Positions 47,017 to 58,099 are shown, numbered from the whole stretch's first letter. The stretch is 60,211 nucleotides of DNA, filler included, from Actinomycetota bacterium (GCA_009886115.1; 4 parts of 4 records of this genome joined end to end with filler, not necessarily neighbours in it); one strand, 5' to 3'. The notes: generated by a model not told the origin, from the letters alone. Numbers and translations: made by a program.

Positions 47017-47975
47017 GGAGCATCCTGCAGATCGACGACCCAAGGGTGCTCGACGAGGTAATCGACGGTACGTTCAACCGCCTCGCGAATCGAGAAGTGG
47101 GTCTCCCATCCCGCTGCGCGAGCCTTGGCCGTATCGAGGAAGATGAACGGGTTGTCACCCACCCATCCCCGATCGCCGCCGCTGTACACCAGCTCGGGGT
47201 CCACCCCGAGCCGCGCACAGATCCAACCGGCCGATTCCGCGATCGAGCAGTAGTCGTCGACCCCAAGATTGAAGACCTCGCACCGATGATCACGATCGAG
47301 CTGTGCGGTGACGGCTGCGATGCAGTCGCTGACATCCATGTAGCTCTTGCGCTGGCTGCCGTCGCCCAGGATCTCCAGCTTCGACGGGTCACGGCGAAGC
47401 TTCCTCACGAAGTCGACGACGTGCCCGTGCGTGTAGCGGGCCCCCATCACCGAGACGAAACGGAAGATCGTCACCTCGAAGCCGGCCCCCTCGGCATAGG
47501 CCTGCAGCAGCCCCTCTGCGGCCAGCTTCGACGCGCCGTAGAGCGACGTCTGCACGGGGAACGGGGCATCCTCCGGCGTCGGGATCACCGACGCTTCACC
47601 ATAGACGGACCCGGTCGACGAGAACAAGATACGGCGCACTCCAGTAGTCCGCATTGCTTCGAGAACATTATGAGTGGCCACGACGTTCTGTTCGAGATCG
47701 CGCCCGGGATGGTCCCAACCGAAGCGGACATCGGCGTTGGCCGCAAGATGAACGACGATGTCTGTCCCGTGGATCACATCGAGCAAACACTCACTTTGAG
47801 TGAACAGGTCGAGCTCGAAGAGGTCGCAGTTCGGGTGGGAGCTTGCCTCGGAAAGAAACGGCCTCTGTCCGGTTGAAAAGTTGTCGATGATTCGCACCTG
47901 ATGTCCGCTAGCCAATAGATCATCCGTGAGGTTCGAACCAATGAAACCGGCACCGCCTGTTACGACCACGTTCAC
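47013..47975 (-). CDS. NAD-dependent epimerase/dehydratase
   Basis: TGGAGFIGS, HLAA, SSTGSVYG, YGASK; GGAGG RBS before GTG 47975. Confidence 0.92.
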   Translation of the reverse strand: MNVVVTGGAGFIGSNLTDDLLASGHQVRIIDNFSTGQRPFLSEASSHPNCDLFELDLFTQSECLLDVIHGTDIVVHLAANADVRFGWDHPGRDLEQNVVATHNVLEAMRTTGVRRILFSSTGSVYGEASVIPTPEDAPFPVQTSLYGASKLAAEGLLQAYAEGAGFEVTIFRFVSVMGARYTHGHVVDFVRKLRRDPSKLEILGDGSQRKSYMDVSDCIAAVTAQLDRDHRCEVFNLGVDDYCSIAESAGWICARLGVDPELVYSGGDRGWVGDNPFIFLDTAKARAAGWETHFSIREAVERTVDYLVEHPWVVDLQDAP

Positions 47976-48027
47976 TGCACCAACCTCCAATGACATACTT
48001 GACCTGATAATCGGGAATCTCGGCCTC

Positions 48028-48897
48028 TTACTTCGGCGCTTCGAGCTCGGAATAGAGAACCTCGTCGACCCGACGCATTTGATACCGAGACATTTGCTCG
48101 ATCCTGCCTCGATCGCGTTCGAGCACATCCGGACTCTCCCAACGCGCCGAAAGCAGACGTCCCGTCAGCCACGAAGACTCAGGACTGGCGAGATAGACGA
48201 GCAGAGCCCCGAATCGGTCAGGAGGGTCGGGTTGGGCACGTTGGCGAAGGGTCTGATCGTACAACTCATCACCGGCAATGCTCGGCCCAGCGACGATCAC
48301 CGCTTCGGTGAAGCCCGAGGCAATGGCACCGGGGGCTACAGCATTGACCCGGATCCCGCATGGTCGAAGTTCCTGAGCAAGTACCTCCGTCATCACCGCG
48401 ACCGCAGCCTTCGACGTGACATAGGCGCTGATGTGCGACGCCAGAGTGGGGCCTCCGAGGCCGCCACCCGAGATGTTGACGATGCTCCCCGATCCGCGCT
48501 GGCCCATGCCGGTCACGAACTCAGCGATGACCGTCGCGGAACCCACGACATTGATGGAAAGGGTAGTGGCCCACTCCGCGAGGTCAATAGAACCCAATCT
48601 TCCCACCGGTCCAAGAACGCCGGCGCAGTTGATAACCATGCTGGGGACACCAAGTGAATTCGTGACATCACTGGCAAACGAGGCGACCGAGATTGGGGAC
48701 GACACATCAACTTGCCGAGCAAGAACGGACACACCGTGGAGCGCTCGAATCTGCTCGGCACAATCGTGAATCTCTGCACCACGGGCGCACATGCCGATCG
48801 AAGCCCCGAGCCCAGCCATCAGATCAGCAGCGTAGAAACCGAGCCCTCGACTCGAGCCCGTGACGATCGCAAGTTGGCCTTCCAACGGCCGATCCAT
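48028..48897 (-). CDS. SDR family oxidoreductase
   Basis: TGSSRGLG, NCAG, YVTSK, APG. Confidence 0.88.
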   Translation of the reverse strand: MDRPLEGQLAIVTGSSRGLGFYAADLMAGLGASIGMCARGAEIHDCAEQIRALHGVSVLARQVDVSSPISVASFASDVTNSLGVPSMVINCAGVLGPVGRLGSIDLAEWATTLSINVVGSATVIAEFVTGMGQRGSGSIVNISGGGLGGPTLASHISAYVTSKAAVAVMTEVLAQELRPCGIRVNAVAPGAIASGFTEAVIVAGPSIAGDELYDQTLRQRAQPDPPDRFGALLVYLASPESSWLTGRLLSARWESPDVLERDRGRIEQMSRYQMRRVDEVLYSELEAPK

Positions 48898-49214
48898 GTG
48901 GCCTCACCTGGGTCTGTGTTCGCCCTCCCGTCGCAGTCCGCGACGGGAGGCAGACCGTGATGATACGGTGCCTTCTGTGCGCTCAGAGTATCGCGCCGCA
49001 GCTCGGGCTCGACGCCTTCGCAGCTGCGAGCGTTGCTGCTCGGGCGACATGTTTGACTGCGCGAGGTGCTTCCTCCTGCACCCATCCCGGCAGCTTGTTG
49101 GGTAGACTCGATAAATGACGACGGAGTGCCTCATCGCATGGCAATCTCAGTACGGCCAATAATGGACTACCCCATCACTGACCGGCTTCCTGTTCCTACA
49201 CCCAGGGCTGCGGA

Positions 49215-50081
49215 GTGAGCTGTCCGATCTGCGAGAAGCCCCTTGATCCAAAAGGGAACGTTTGGTCGCCGTACAGTCTTCGCGATTTTCAACTCGGGCG
49301 TTGCGCAGCCTGCGGGTTCGCCCGTATCGTCGACCCCCGCACTGACTTCGCGACCCTCTACGGCGAGCAGTACTACTGCGGTCTTGGCGCCGATACGTTG
49401 GTTGATTACGCACGCGAGCTTGTCGATAGCGAGACCGTTCGATTCTATGAGTGGCGGGGAGTGAGCCGAGCCGTCAACACGCTCATGAACGGTAGGCGCG
49501 AACTTGCGTGGCTCGACTACGGATGCGGTCTCGGAGGATTGGTCAGACACCTGCGCTCAACGGGGTCGACGACGGTCTTCGGGTTTGAAGAAGGGTACGC
49601 AGCCGAGCAGTTGAGCGCGCACGGCCTCCCGTCCATCGACCGAAGCGAGTTCCCTGATCGAGCGGGTACCTTTGACGTCGTAACGGCGATCGAAGTGCTC
49701 GAGCATGTGATCGACCCCCTCGAACCACTTCGAGAGATCGCGGAACTCTTGCGCCCCGGCGGGGTGTTGTTCCTAACTACGGGGAATGCCGCACGGCACC
49801 GTCATGCCTTGCAACGATGGTCATACGTGTTACCCGACGTTCACGTCAGCTTCTTCGAACCCGCAACGATGGCGAAGGCGATGAGCCTGGTCGGACTCGA
49901 CCCTCAGACTCACCGTTGGCTTCCCGGCTACGACGATATCATCCGTTACAAGGTATTGAAAAACCTCAAGGTCCATCAGCGGCGTCGATGGGAGCGAGCA
50001 ATACCCTGGAGTATCGTCGCTCGTGGTATCAAGATTGCCACCGGCCTCCTCGCTCATCCCGTGGGCGTGAAGCTGGCCTGA
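49215..50081 (+). CDS. Class I SAM-dependent methyltransferase with N-terminal Zn knuckle
   Basis: CPIC..CAAC, LDYGCGLG, FDVVTAIEVLEHV, LRPGG. Confidence 0.88.
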   Translation: MSCPICEKPLDPKGNVWSPYSLRDFQLGRCAACGFARIVDPRTDFATLYGEQYYCGLGADTLVDYARELVDSETVRFYEWRGVSRAVNTLMNGRRELAWLDYGCGLGGLVRHLRSTGSTTVFGFEEGYAAEQLSAHGLPSIDRSEFPDRAGTFDVVTAIEVLEHVIDPLEPLREIAELLRPGGVLFLTTGNAARHRHALQRWSYVLPDVHVSFFEPATMAKAMSLVGLDPQTHRWLPGYDDIIRYKVLKNLKVHQRRRWERAIPWSIVARGIKIATGLLAHPVGVKLA

Positions 50082-50947
50082 TCGAGCTTTGCGCCGACAC
50101 TGCCTCGATCGTTCTGATCTATGACCGCGGCGGAAGGCACGCGTCCGATAGCCGAAGGGACCGGATCGAGCCGCTCGAGCCGGAAGCGCACCAACGCCAC
50201 GAACCATGTCAGCGGATCGCGAATGAACCGGACCTTCTTACCCTCATCAAACCCCCGCGATTGGTAGAATACTTGGATCTCGCGGGGCTTGTAACCGCGC
50301 CTGACCAACTTGGCAACGATCTCGTAGTCAAAGTCGAAGCGATCGGCGTAGAACTCGAGACCGTCCAAGCATTCAACCCGAAAGACCTTGTACATCGTGA
50401 ACGGATCACGGAGCCGGGTGCCGTAGATAACGTTGAAGAGCGTCGTGAAGAGCCAATGAGCAATGTTCATGAGCCGGCTGGTCATGCTGTGGTCGCCGAA
50501 GTCGCGCATCGGTTGCCCTTTGACGTGGCGACAACCGAGCACGAAGTCGACCTCGCGAGCCATGATTGGAGCGATCAGCGCCGGATAGTCGTCGACCCGG
50601 TACTCGAGGTCACCGTCTTGAATCAAGACGATGTCACCCGACACGTGACGGAGGCCCTCCCGAACGGCATTGCCCTTCCCCCGGGGTCGATCCTGGAGGA
50701 CGAGGGTCACCCGGTCGTCGACGTCGTACTTCGAGACGAGGTCTCGCGTCGTGTCGGAGGAGTTGCTCTCGACGATGACCAGCTGGAGGCGGACGCTGTC
50801 GGGGAGACCGACGTTCAGAACACCATCGATCACCTCGGCAATGGTGGCTTCCTCGTTGAACACGGGTAAGACGACCGACAGTGTCGTGACCGCCCGCCCG
50901 CCCGTTCGATCGCTCGGAGCTCCCGGGCTCGGTTCGTCATGCGCCAA
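50054..50947 (-). CDS. GT2 glycosyltransferase (DPM-synthase-like)
   Basis: LPVFNEE, GKGNAVREG, QDGDLEY, YQSR..EGKK; GGAGG 6 nt before TTG. Confidence 0.9.
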   Translation of the reverse strand: MAHDEPSPGAPSDRTGGRAVTTLSVVLPVFNEEATIAEVIDGVLNVGLPDSVRLQLVIVESNSSDTTRDLVSKYDVDDRVTLVLQDRPRGKGNAVREGLRHVSGDIVLIQDGDLEYRVDDYPALIAPIMAREVDFVLGCRHVKGQPMRDFGDHSMTSRLMNIAHWLFTTLFNVIYGTRLRDPFTMYKVFRVECLDGLEFYADRFDFDYEIVAKLVRRGYKPREIQVFYQSRGFDEGKKVRFIRDPLTWFVALVRFRLERLDPVPSAIGRVPSAAVIDQNDRGSVGAKLDQASFTPTG

Positions 50948-51563
50948 CGGTGGCCTCCCACTTCGGGGTCGACATCGCCAGGTCGGGGTGGGTCACGAGC
51001 ACGTGCCAGAACACGGCTTGGAGGCCCTCAGCCTGGGCGGTCACGTTCGCGGCGTCGACCGTCGGGACCACCACACAGGCATCGGCCCAGCGCCGGAGGG
51101 TCCCGCCATCGCGGCCCACGATCCCGACCAAGCACGCCCCCACCTCCCGGGCGAGCTTCATGGCGTTGACGAGGTTGACCGAGATGTTGCGCTCGACGTC
51201 GCCCCCACCCACCGAGAACACGAACAGGCAGTCACCCCGCCTGATCCGACTGCCGCGGAGCCACTCGGCGTAGGACGTGTCCCAGCCGTCGTCATTGATG
51301 CGAGCGGTGAGCTCGGAGACGTTGTCGGTGACCGAGTACGCCTCGATGCCAACCAGCTTGCGGAAATCACAAGCTGCATGCGAAGCGTGCCCGGCACCAC
51401 CACCCGATCCGCACAGGAAGAGTCGCCCGTCACGGTCGCGGGTCTCGCGGATGATGCGGGCCATGTCGTCGATGCCCGAGGCGTCGAGCTGCTGCAGAAC
51501 TTGGACGGTCTCGTCGAGAAACCGTCGAGCGAACGAGTCCATCGGCGCCGCTGGCCTCCCCAT
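50937..51563 (-). CDS. SIS-domain phosphoheptose isomerase (GmhA-like); start uncertain (51563 or 51542)
   Basis: GSGGGAGHASHAACDF, TARINDDG, SVGGG, S.NL, GRDGG. Confidence 0.85.
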   Translation of the reverse strand: MGRPAAPMDSFARRFLDETVQVLQQLDASGIDDMARIIRETRDRDGRLFLCGSGGGAGHASHAACDFRKLVGIEAYSVTDNVSELTARINDDGWDTSYAEWLRGSRIRRGDCLFVFSVGGGDVERNISVNLVNAMKLAREVGACLVGIVGRDGGTLRRWADACVVVPTVDAANVTAQAEGLQAVFWHVLVTHPDLAMSTPKWEATVGA

Positions 51564-51799
51564 GGTGCCGGCGGCACCGCTCGTGGGCAGACACTGTACC
51601 CGCCGATGTCGAGATCGACGGGATCCTCGGGAGTTGTCACCCTCGTATCTCACGCCCGACACCGCTGCCTGATGTGCGTATCGCCGCCCGGTGGCCGCTC
51701 TTGTCGAGTCGGACAGCTCGTGCGATGATGATCTGATCGAGTCCCTCGGCTCGGCGCCCATGCTCCCGCGTTCGCGGTCTCGGGCGCCATCGAGCTTCC

Positions 51800-51899
51800 N
51801 NNNNNNNNNNNNNNNNNNNNNNNNNNNNNNNNNNNNNNNNNNNTTAATTAATTAANNNNNNNNNNNNNNNNNNNNNNNNNNNNNNNNNNNNNNNNNNNN
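51800..51899. other. Artificial contig spacer
   Basis: N-run with TTAATTAATTAA. Confidence 0.98.
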
Positions 51900-53387
51900 C
51901 ACGGAGTTCCGGTACACGTAATTGTTCACGTAGGCGCCATGCGAGATCCCGTACTTCCCGCAGTGGTAGCCGACGAAGTTGGCGATGACGTGGCTGTTAC
52001 CGTTGTTCTGCCAGGTCCAGAGGGCGTTGGTGGCGTTGTTGTGCGAGAGACACTGGTCGAACGTCCAGACGCCCTGCGACATCTCGGGCCACGCGAAACC
52101 GGACGCGCTCACGTTGCCCTTGACGCCTGTGGCGACACAGTTGAACGCCACCGACCCGGTACCGGCACCGAAGAAGAACCCGGTCAACGTGTAGCCGCGG
52201 ATCGGGTCGACGCTGGCGGTCCGGGCCGCCACGCACGAGTCGTAGCGCAACCCGTTCGACGGCGGAGCGTTCGGCACCGACCGGTTGTCGGGTGCCGGGT
52301 CGTACCAGAACGCATCTTCCTTGGTGCTGTAGGCGATGCAGCTCCGGAGCGTGATGCCATTGCTCTGGTGGGGCACGAACGCGTGCCCGTCGGCGTCACG
52401 GACGACGACACCGTCGAGGAGCGAGCCCGCCGAGCCGGCGCCGCACATGTGGAAGTGGTAGCCGTAGCGGCCGAGCTTGCCGACGGGCGACATGTGCCGC
52501 AGCGCGGCGAAGGCTGTGTACTGCGCCCTGGTCGAGTTGACCCAGACGTGCGTGCGGGCCGAGGGAGTGCCCTCGATCTGCACGTTCCGTGTGAGGTTCA
52601 GGACCTCGGCGCTGAAGACGCGCCCGTCGCCGACGGAGACCGTGGGATGGGCGAAGGCACAGGCGTTCGCCAGGGTGACGGTGTTCCCCGAGATCGCAGC
52701 GATGGTCGTGGCGTCGAAGGCGTCGTGGAACCTGGAGGTGGCTGGTGAGCCGGTGGGGGTGATGACGATCTCATCGCCCACGCGCCATCCGACCGGCGTG
52801 GTCGCCAGCGTGATCGTGCTGGCGCCGGCGGCCACGGCCCCGGCGACCCGGGTCCAGGCCGTCTTGGGATCACCGGCGATGTCGAGAACACCCGGGTCCA
52901 TGACCCACAGGCCCACGTCGGTTGCCAGCGGCACCATGCCGCCGCCGACCATGGCCGCGGCGTTGAATCCCGAGAAGACGATGCGGTGCACGACCGCCGA
53001 CGACGACGGGCGGATCTGGATGAGGCCGGAGCTGACGATGTTGCCGGTGCTGGTGAGCTGACAGCTCTTGTTGGGGTCGAACACGAGCTGTCCGCCGGGC
53101 TTGACGACGACGCCGGCAACGGTGGTGTTCGTGTCGAGCATCACCGCGCCCGTGATCGTGACGATGCTGGCCGGACCCGGAACCGCACCACCCCATGTGG
53201 TCGGATCGCTCCAGCGCGACGCGGGCGCTGCGTCGGCTGCTTCGCCGCCGAAGTGGGCCAACCGCCCGGCGAAGGTCGCCGCAGCTGCCACTCCCGCGAC
53301 CTTGAGGAATCCTCGCCGGCTCAGGCCGCGGCCGTCACCGTCGAGGTCGCTCGGAGTGTCCTGAAGTGCCGTCAGCTGTCCGCCCAT
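51900..53387 (-). CDS. Tat-exported G8-domain / beta-helix protein (3' end cut by contig end)
   Basis: SRRGFLK Tat motif; RWSDPTTWGGAVP G8 start; GWRVGDEIVI, AEVLNLTRNV.IEG, LGRYGYHFH. Confidence 0.82.
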
Positions 53388-53610
53388 GCCGGTCCTCCGC
53401 CTGCGCCTGCATCCAGATCTGGACGCGCAGCGTGGTATCGGCATCACCATAGACAGCGCTTGAGCCAGAGGGCCCTAAGTGCCCGTTAAATCGACGTTGC
53501 CTTTGTGAACATCGTGGAAACCTGGGATAACCAGGATGAATCGCCTTCCCGGCCGATGCCCTACTTACCGGGTTCGGCTCGTCCACCCGTACCGGCCATC
53601 GGCACTGGTA

Positions 53611-54606
53611 TCACTCCGAGCGGTCGAACGCCCCAACAGGCTCGGCTGGTGTCACGAGCCAGGCGACGAGCACCGTGCCGAGCGCGAGGATCGGCGCGGC
53701 CAGCACCGTCGCCGCCACGAGGCTCTCTTGGAGACCGGCGACACGCGATCCCCACAGGACGAGCCCGGCGTGGAGGCCCAGGAGCACCACGGCCGGACGA
53801 CGAGCGCAGGCGGCGATCCACCCCGTCGCAACCGCCTCGCCCGGATGGGAGCGTTTCGGCGTCCGGCGAGCCCGGAAGGCGGTGATCTCCCATGCCACCG
53901 GCGCGGCGACGAGGACGCCGAAGCTGGCACAGGCCCCGGCGACCGACCCCGTCCGGGCCAAGCCGCCGCTCGTCGCCGCCCAGGCCAGAGCCCCGACCCC
54001 GGCGTACGCACCGGCCTGGCCCACCCCCACGAGACGAAGCGGCCATCCGACGAGCCCGATGGGGAAGGTGAGCCCCACCACGGCCCGGGCCTTCTCGGTG
54101 TCAGGCACCGTCACGTAGTGACCGAACGCGGTGATCGCCAAGAGCGCAGCCCCGAGGCCCGGCACCGGCGATCGACGCTCGAAGGCCGCGAGCAGCGGAC
54201 AGGCGACCACGATGGTCAGCATCACGGCCAAGCGGACGTTGGGCTTCATCTCCCGAAAGCCGGAGTCGATGATGATCCACGCACCGGGCACCGCGGCGAG
54301 CGCCCCGGTCCAGAGCCTCGGTCGGGTGCTCGAGACCAGCCCGCCGAGGGCCAGGACCGCCAGGCCCAGCCGAAAGCCTCCCGGGTCGTCGCCGCGTTCT
54401 CTGACCTCTTCGAGCCGGGCGAAGAGAACGACCAATCCCCCGGCGATGGCCAGGCCGGCCAGCCCCACGAGCCTCGGGAATCGGCGCCTCAGCGGGGTGG
54501 CGCGAACGATGAGCCCGACGACGACGAGCGCAGCTGCGATCGCCATCCCCACGGCGAGACCCACGCGGAACTCGTGGGTGTCGGTGAGCTGGGTGAGCTT
54601 CTCCAC
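53611..54606 (-). CDS. Polytopic membrane protein, hypothetical
   Basis: Many hydrophobic helices; TVPDTE motif. Confidence 0.65.
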   Translation of the reverse strand: MEKLTQLTDTHEFRVGLAVGMAIAAALVVVGLIVRATPLRRRFPRLVGLAGLAIAGGLVVLFARLEEVRERGDDPGGFRLGLAVLALGGLVSSTRPRLWTGALAAVPGAWIIIDSGFREMKPNVRLAVMLTIVVACPLLAAFERRSPVPGLGAALLAITAFGHYVTVPDTEKARAVVGLTFPIGLVGWPLRLVGVGQAGAYAGVGALAWAATSGGLARTGSVAGACASFGVLVAAPVAWEITAFRARRTPKRSHPGEAVATGWIAACARRPAVVLLGLHAGLVLWGSRVAGLQESLVAATVLAAPILALGTVLVAWLVTPAEPVGAFDRSE

Positions 54607-54615
54607 GGATGGCCG

Positions 54616-54858
54616 TCAGCCAGCGGGCGTCGACGGCGGTGCTGCGGGCCGGAGATCGACCCGCAGCACGAGCACCCCGTCCTCGAGCGCGACCTCGGCG
54701 TCGCCGATCATGGCGTAGTCCATGTAGTCGGTCTGCTGCTGCTTGATGAATCGTTGCCGCTCAGGGCCGGCGATCGGAGGCAGCGGCCGGGTCTTGACAG
54801 CCTCGGCCCGCTCGCGAAAGCGGGCCACCATGGCATCGGGATCGAACTCGTCGGGCAC
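54616..54858 (-). CDS. Hypothetical protein (80 aa)
   Basis: FDPDAMVARFRERAEAVK.RPLPP..; directly after prmC. Confidence 0.65.
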   Translation of the reverse strand: MPDEFDPDAMVARFRERAEAVKTRPLPPIAGPERQRFIKQQQTDYMDYAMIGDAEVALEDGVLVLRVDLRPAAPPSTPAG

Positions 54859-54859
54859 C

Positions 54860-55765
54860 TCACGATCCTCGCACACTCGGGGCGCCGCGGCGTGCCACGA
54901 GGATCCGAGACCGTCCGGTGAGATCGGCACGGACGACCACCTCGTCGTAGCCGGCGTCGCGCGCCCGACGCGCCAGGACCTCGCCCTGATGGGGCGCCAG
55001 CTCGCACACGAGGGTACCGGGAGCGTCGAGCCAACGGCGGCTCTCGTCGACGATCGCGGCGAGCGCTTCCAGACCGGTCGGCCCGGCGACGAGGGCCTCG
55101 ACCGGCTCCCAGCCGGCTACCTCGTCGTCGATCTCGGTCAGCTCGTGTTCGGCGAGGTACGGAGGGTTCGAGACGATGAGGCGCAACCGCCCCTGCAGCT
55201 CACGCGGGAGCGCGTCGAACCACGAGCCTTCGGCGATACGGGCTCGACTGGCCACCACTCCCTGTGCGGCGATGTTCGCCCGGGCCACGGCGATGGCGGC
55301 CGCCGACCGATCGGTCGCCCACACCTCGGCCTCCGGGAGCTCACAGAGCAGGGCGATGGCCAGCACGCCCGATCCGGTACCCAGATCGGCAACGGGCACG
55401 CGACCCGAGGTCGAGGTCGCGGTGCGCCGCCGGACGAGCCCCAAGCGTGCGGCTTCTTCCAGCGCCACCTCGGCCACGATCTCCGTCTCGGGCCGCGGAA
55501 TGAGCACGCGACGATCGAGCATCACGTCGTGGCCTCGGAACGACCACTCGCCCATCACGTACTGGAGGGGCTCTCCGGTGATGCGGCGCTCGATCAGACC
55601 AGCGAGGCGGGCCGCGAGGCGCTCGGGGACGGGTTCGTCGGCCAACTCGGCGATGGTCGCCCCGCCCACGTGCTCGACGAGCCAGCGCGCCTCCTGGGGC
55701 GCGTTGTCGAGCCCGGCGGAGCGAAGCTCGTCGGCCACCTCGCGAACGGCGAGGCGCCAGTTCAC
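54860..55765 (-). CDS. prmC: Release factor glutamine methyltransferase
   Basis: GEPLQY, LIPRPETE, DLGTGSG, SNPPY; GTGA overlap with prfA. Confidence 0.95.
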   Translation of the reverse strand: MNWRLAVREVADELRSAGLDNAPQEARWLVEHVGGATIAELADEPVPERLAARLAGLIERRITGEPLQYVMGEWSFRGHDVMLDRRVLIPRPETEIVAEVALEEAARLGLVRRRTATSTSGRVPVADLGTGSGVLAIALLCELPEAEVWATDRSAAAIAVARANIAAQGVVASRARIAEGSWFDALPRELQGRLRLIVSNPPYLAEHELTEIDDEVAGWEPVEALVAGPTGLEALAAIVDESRRWLDAPGTLVCELAPHQGEVLARRARDAGYDEVVVRADLTGRSRILVARRGAPSVRGS

Positions 55766-56856
55766 TCGTCGTCGCTGTCGTCGAAGATGCCGCCCTCGCC
55801 GAGCTGCTCGGCCCGCTCGGCCGCGAGCAGGCCGTCGACGATCTCGTCGAGATCGCCCGAGCCGAGCACGCGGTCGAGGCTGTAGAGCGTGAGCCGGATC
55901 CGGTGGTCGGTGATCCGGTTCTCCTTGTAGTTGTAGGTGCGGATCTTCTCGGACCGGCCGCCGCCGCCGACCTGGGAGCGACGGGTGGCCGACAGCTCTG
56001 CGCTCACCTTGTCCTGCTCCATCTTGAGCAGGCGCGAACGCAGCACCTGCATGGCCTTGGCGCGGTTTTGGATCTGGCTCTTCTCGTCCTGCATGGCCAC
56101 GACCAGGCCCGTGGGGACGTGGGTGATGCGCACGGCGGAGTCGGTGGTGTTCACCGATTGCCCGCCAGGCCCGCTCGATCGGTACACGTCGATCCGGAGA
56201 TCGTTGGGATCGACCTGAACGTCGACCTCGTCGGCCTCGGGCAGCACCGTCACCGTGGCCGACGACGTGTGAATGCGCCCCTGCGACTCGGTCACCGGCA
56301 CGCGCTGGACCCGATGCGGCCCACCTTCGAGATGCATACGGGTCCACGCTGTCGCCCCCCGGAGCTGGAAGCTGATCTCGTTGAACCCACCCATCGGGGA
56401 GACGTCGGAGCCCAGCACCTCCATGCGCCAACCTTGGCGGTCGGCGAGACGCTGGTACATCTGGAAGAGATCACGAGCGAAGAGGTTGGCCTCCTCGCCG
56501 CCTTCGGCGCCGCGGATCTCGACGATCACGTTGCGTCCGTCGTTGGGATCGCTCGGGAGCAGCATCTCCTTCAGATCGGTCTCGATCTGGGCCAGCCGGG
56601 CCTGCAGCACCTCGACCTCGCCCTTGAGGAAGTCGCGCATCTCCGGGTCGCCCTCGGCGTGCAACAGCTCACGCGCTTCGACGAGGTCGCGTTCGGTCGC
56701 GGTGTAGGAGCGGTACGACTCGACGACGGGGGCCAGGTCGGAGTGGCGTTTGCCAGCCTCACGAACAGCGGCCTGATCACCGGCGGCATAGACCTCGGGC
56801 AGCCTCGCCTCCAGCTTCTGGAGCTCGGTTTCGAGATCGGCGAGACGTTCGAACAT
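55762..56856 (-). CDS. prfA: Peptide chain release factor 1
   Basis: GGQ motif, PVT specificity tripeptide, RSEKIRTYN. Confidence 0.97.
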   Translation of the reverse strand: MFERLADLETELQKLEARLPEVYAAGDQAAVREAGKRHSDLAPVVESYRSYTATERDLVEARELLHAEGDPEMRDFLKGEVEVLQARLAQIETDLKEMLLPSDPNDGRNVIVEIRGAEGGEEANLFARDLFQMYQRLADRQGWRMEVLGSDVSPMGGFNEISFQLRGATAWTRMHLEGGPHRVQRVPVTESQGRIHTSSATVTVLPEADEVDVQVDPNDLRIDVYRSSGPGGQSVNTTDSAVRITHVPTGLVVAMQDEKSQIQNRAKAMQVLRSRLLKMEQDKVSAELSATRRSQVGGGGRSEKIRTYNYKENRITDHRIRLTLYSLDRVLGSGDLDEIVDGLLAAERAEQLGEGGIFDDSDDE

Positions 56857-56862
56857 GGATGC

Positions 56863-57465
56863 CTAGGATTCCAGATCCCGGGCCAGCTCCTCGCGTTGGA
56901 GCGCGGAGAGCTCCACGGTCTCCTGGTACTGCGGGTGGTCGACCACCAACCGGGCGGGGCCCCGTCGCAACTCGCTGGCGACGGCACCGGCGCGATCGAC
57001 GCCGACGCGGAAGTCGAGATAGTGCACGGCCGAGGTCACGTCGTCTCGGGTCAGTCGGTCTTCGTCGAGCGGGGAACCGGGCACCACGTGGACCGTCTGC
57101 CGTTCTCCGACCTCGAGCGTGATCGAGCGTTGGATGCCCACGAGCTTCGGCAACCATTCCCGCACCAGTGCTTCCGAGGTGAGCTCGATGAGGAGCGTCC
57201 CACACAGCTCACCCGGATCGGGGATGAGCTCGTTGTACACGTCGAGCTCGGCCTGGATCTGCTCGTCACGCAGCATCTTCTCTGCACGAGCCATCTCCTG
57301 CACCTGGAAGCGCATGGTGTCGGTGTTCTCGAAGACGATCGTGATCAGCTCGCCCAGGGCGATGCGCCGATGCTCCTTGAGCGCCATCACCCGGGCCCGC
57401 ATGTCGCCGCGGACCCGCTCGTACGCGCGAAGGTCGAGGATCTCGTCGACGGTCAGCTTCTGCAT
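56863..57465 (-). CDS. DUF3501 family protein
   Basis: YERVR, RRI..G, FEN.DT..FQVQEM.RAE, YN.LIP, TSAVHYL. Confidence 0.88.
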   Translation of the reverse strand: MQKLTVDEILDLRAYERVRGDMRARVMALKEHRRIALGELITIVFENTDTMRFQVQEMARAEKMLRDEQIQAELDVYNELIPDPGELCGTLLIELTSEALVREWLPKLVGIQRSITLEVGERQTVHVVPGSPLDEDRLTRDDVTSAVHYLDFRVGVDRAGAVASELRRGPARLVVDHPQYQETVELSALQREELARDLES

Positions 57466-57590
57466 GGGGCCTCTGCCTGTCGTCGGTGGCGCCGGGTGCA
57501 TCGGGCGCATCGGGGGCATCGTGGTTGTCGGTCGGGCATCGGTCGCCCCGGTCGAGCGACTGCGATGTGGCCCGGTTCCCCGGTGATACG

Positions 57591-57622
57591 ACGGTGGCCC
57601 CGGCCAGAACCGGGGCCACCGT
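57591..57622 (-). terminator. Hairpin between rubrerythrin and DUF3501
   Basis: ACGGTGGCCCCGG-ccagaa-CCGGGGCCACCGT, perfect 13-bp stem. Confidence 0.55.
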
Positions 57623-57679
57623 GAGATTCCGTCGGGGAGCGTCGTGCCGAGCGGGCACGGCACCGCTCGGGCTCGACGG

Positions 57680-58098
<419 letters not shown>

Positions 58099-58099
<1 letters not shown>

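Noticed and set aside
50891..50947. (GCCC)3 tract as a phase-variation switch for GT2
   Set aside because: The in-frame TTG at 50947 has a well-spaced GGAGG, and three units are too few.
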